DNA of 64,000 nucleotides. Source: an uncultured Gemmatimonadales bacterium (GTDB lineage Bacteria; Gemmatimonadota; Gemmatimonadetes; Gemmatimonadales; Gemmatimonadaceae). The stretch is taken from the NCBI GenBank assembly GCA_963707505.1, contig CAVPQB010000004.1, positions 736,001-800,000 of the forward strand. The letters run 5' to 3'. Each line of letters opens with the position of its first letter. Position 1 is the stretch's first letter. A program made the position numbers and the translations under genes. The notes under the pieces are model-generated. The model made no database searches. It was not told where the DNA came from and saw only the letters and a program-made list of their open reading frames with translations. Shown here piece by piece: positions 62,067 through 64,000 of the stretch.

Positions 62067-64000
62067 ATGTCAAATCAACGCGTTTCAGCGCGCGTGGTGG
62101 CGTGTGCGCTCTCCCTGGCCGCGTGCGTCGCCGCCGTTCCAGCGCACGCTTTCGCACTGTCATCAGTCGCGGAAGTCACCGATGCCGGCATCGGCCCGAT
62201 GGCACGTGGCGATCTCACCGGCACAGTAACCGATAGCGCATCCGGTCAACCGCTTCCCAGTGCCGAGGTGAGCGTGATGCAGGGTGGCCGCATCGTGCTC
62301 ACAGCAAGCACCGATGCTTTCGGCCGGTACATCGCGCACGACCTTCCATCCGGCACGTACACCATCAACGTGCGCCTGATCGGCTTTCGGATTCAATCGC
62401 GTGATGTAGCCGTTGGTCCCTCGGGCGACATTCGCGCAGACTTTCGCTTACCGGTGGTAGCGCTGAGTCTCTCTTCAGTTGCTGTAACCGCTGCGATTCC
62501 GCTCGCAGTCGATACGAGGTCCGGCGATCAACGCTTCAAGCAGGACTCATATCACGGCGCGCCGACCAACACCACATCGCAGATCCTTCAGCAGTCGATT
62601 GCCGGCGCAGCTCGTGCACCGACGGGTGAGGTACACATCCGCGGGCAGCACGCCGAGTACACGTATTATGTCGATGGTGTACCCGTGCCGGCTGGAATAT
62701 CTGGCAGCCTCAACGAGCTGTTCGATCCCAGTATCGTGAACCAGATCGATTTTCAGACAGGTGGCTGGGACGCAGAGTATGGAAACAAGAATGCCGCCGT
62801 TGTGAACGTCCAGACGCGCATTCCTGTCGGCGGATTTCATAGCACCATCTCCGGGTACGGCGGCTCGTTCAACACGAACGGCGAGGGAATCACGGCGAGC
62901 ACGAACAGCGGCCCGTGGGGATTCTTCGTTTCAGGCAGTCGCAAATCCACTGACATGCGACTGGAACCCGTAGTTTTCGATACCGCGCGCGACAAGGTGG
63001 TCAACTTCCACAACCATGGAGAGGATTACTCCGCCTTCGCCAAGGTGCAATACACCCCGAACGCATCCAACGTGTTCGACCTCGACGCGAGCCTCTCGAC
63101 GACGCGTTTCCAGGTGCCCTATGATTCGACCGGTAACGTCGTGCTGGATGACCATCAGCGCGATCGCAACGCGTTCGTGAACCTCGGCTATCGTCACATC
63201 TTCGGCGCTGACACGACCGCCGGAGTCGAAGGCGGTGCGACCACGCAGTCTCGCGTGGCGGAGCTGTTCGTTGGAGGCTTCGTGCGATCCGGTGGGTTGA
63301 TGTACATGCCGGGCGCTGGCGACTCTGCGCAATTCGTGTTCTTTCCAGATACGCTCAACGCGTACAACCTGCGCGAAAATCGCAATTTCACGACGTACGG
63401 CATCAAGGCCGACTACACCGTGCATCCTGCGCGCGAGTTGGAATTCAAGTTCGGAACGCTGAGCCAGTACACGACTGGCCACGAAGATTTCGTCACCACG
63501 ACGAATTCCGGCGCGTCGGGTCCTGCATCCAATTCGAATCTCAAGGGATACGATGTCGGTGGATACGCCCAGACCTCGTACTCTCCAATTGAGCGGTTCG
63601 AGATCAGAGCCGGTGTTCGCTACGACGCGCATAATGCACCATTTGCCGGGACACAGACTCAACTGAGTCCCCGTATTCGACTCAACTTCTTCCCGGACCC
63701 TGGCAACACATTCTACCTGTACTACGGGCGACTCTTCGTTCCGACCAACGTCGAGGATCTCCGCGCGATTACGAGCGTCGCACAGCAGGGAGTCACCGCA
63801 GCACCAACGCTGCCGGAGCGCGACAACTTCTACGAGGCCGGGTACATTCACCGCTTCCCGTTCGGCCTCGTGTCCAAGTTTGCGGGCTACCACAAGCAGA
63901 GTACGCCGGGCATCGATGACAACACGGTCCCAGGCTCAGCTGTCGTCACGTCGGTGAACATTGCGCAGGTACGCATCACTGGACTCGAGACTGTACAGGA
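62067..64000 (+). CDS. TonB-dependent receptor, truncated by the window end
   Basis: Manual translation: signal peptide MSNQRVSARVVACALSLAAC..., carboxypeptidase-regulatory-like domain, plug VHIRGQHAEYTYYVDGVP, GGWDAEYG and barrel strands GVRYD/LSPR. The start and the window end are in the same frame. Confidence 0.9.
   Translation, partial: MSNQRVSARVVACALSLAACVAAVPAHAFALSSVAEVTDAGIGPMARGDLTGTVTDSASGQPLPSAEVSVMQGGRIVLTASTDAFGRYIAHDLPSGTYTINVRLIGFRIQSRDVAVGPSGDIRADFRLPVVALSLSSVAVTAAIPLAVDTRSGDQRFKQDSYHGAPTNTTSQILQQSIAGAARAPTGEVHIRGQHAEYTYYVDGVPVPAGISGSLNELFDPSIVNQIDFQTGGWDAEYGNKNAAVVNVQTRIPVGGFHSTISGYGGSFNTNGEGITASTNSGPWGFFVSGSRKSTDMRLEPVVFDTARDKVVNFHNHGEDYSAFAKVQYTPNASNVFDLDASLSTTRFQVPYDSTGNVVLDDHQRDRNAFVNLGYRHIFGADTTAGVEGGATTQSRVAELFVGGFVRSGGLMYMPGAGDSAQFVFFPDTLNAYNLRENRNFTTYGIKADYTVHPARELEFKFGTLSQYTTGHEDFVTTTNSGASGPASNSNLKGYDVGGYAQTSYSPIERFEIRAGVRYDAHNAPFAGTQTQLSPRIRLNFFPDPGNTFYLYYGRLFVPTNVEDLRAITSVAQQGVTAAPTLPERDNFYEAGYIHRFPFGLVSKFAGYHKQSTPGIDDNTVPGSAVVTSVNIAQVRITGLETVQ

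Overview
A GC-rich bacterial chromosomal window, probably Gemmatimonadota. That assignment is inferred from the SusC/SusD pair, the VPS10/BNR propeller proteins and the overall gene repertoire, not from a marker gene. From left to right it holds: the 5' end of holB; a PfpI protein; a membrane protein-wHTH-uppS operon with a candidate operator; several histidine kinases; csp and sodC; a SusC/SusD locus surrounded by peptidases and VPS10-type proteins; a pseudo-receiver/KaiC-like/GAF-kinase signalling cluster; a family-B DNA polymerase; tRNA-Asn; uvrA; hppD-hmgA-acetoacetate-CoA ligase with an RPE4/dRS3-like inverted repeat; pckA and maeB; and a metal locus. The metal locus is the most interesting part. 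Two related small ORFs (55563-55922 and 61600-61980) share the same design: hydrophobic N-terminus, H-x-E-x-x-G-N-H...H-D...CxxC, a 44-45 aa Pro-rich spacer, then RAPP plus 3 residues before the stop. One precedes a CzcCBA-like RND efflux operon and the other precedes a TonB-dependent receptor. They look like DUF2946/CruR/CutF-type metal-sensing ribosome-arrest leaders used twice in one gene run. Two genes (DUF885-like and pckA) carry single-base insertions that may be sequencing errors. No integrase, transposase, CRISPR array or rRNA was seen. All calls come from reading motifs by eye; no database searches were run.
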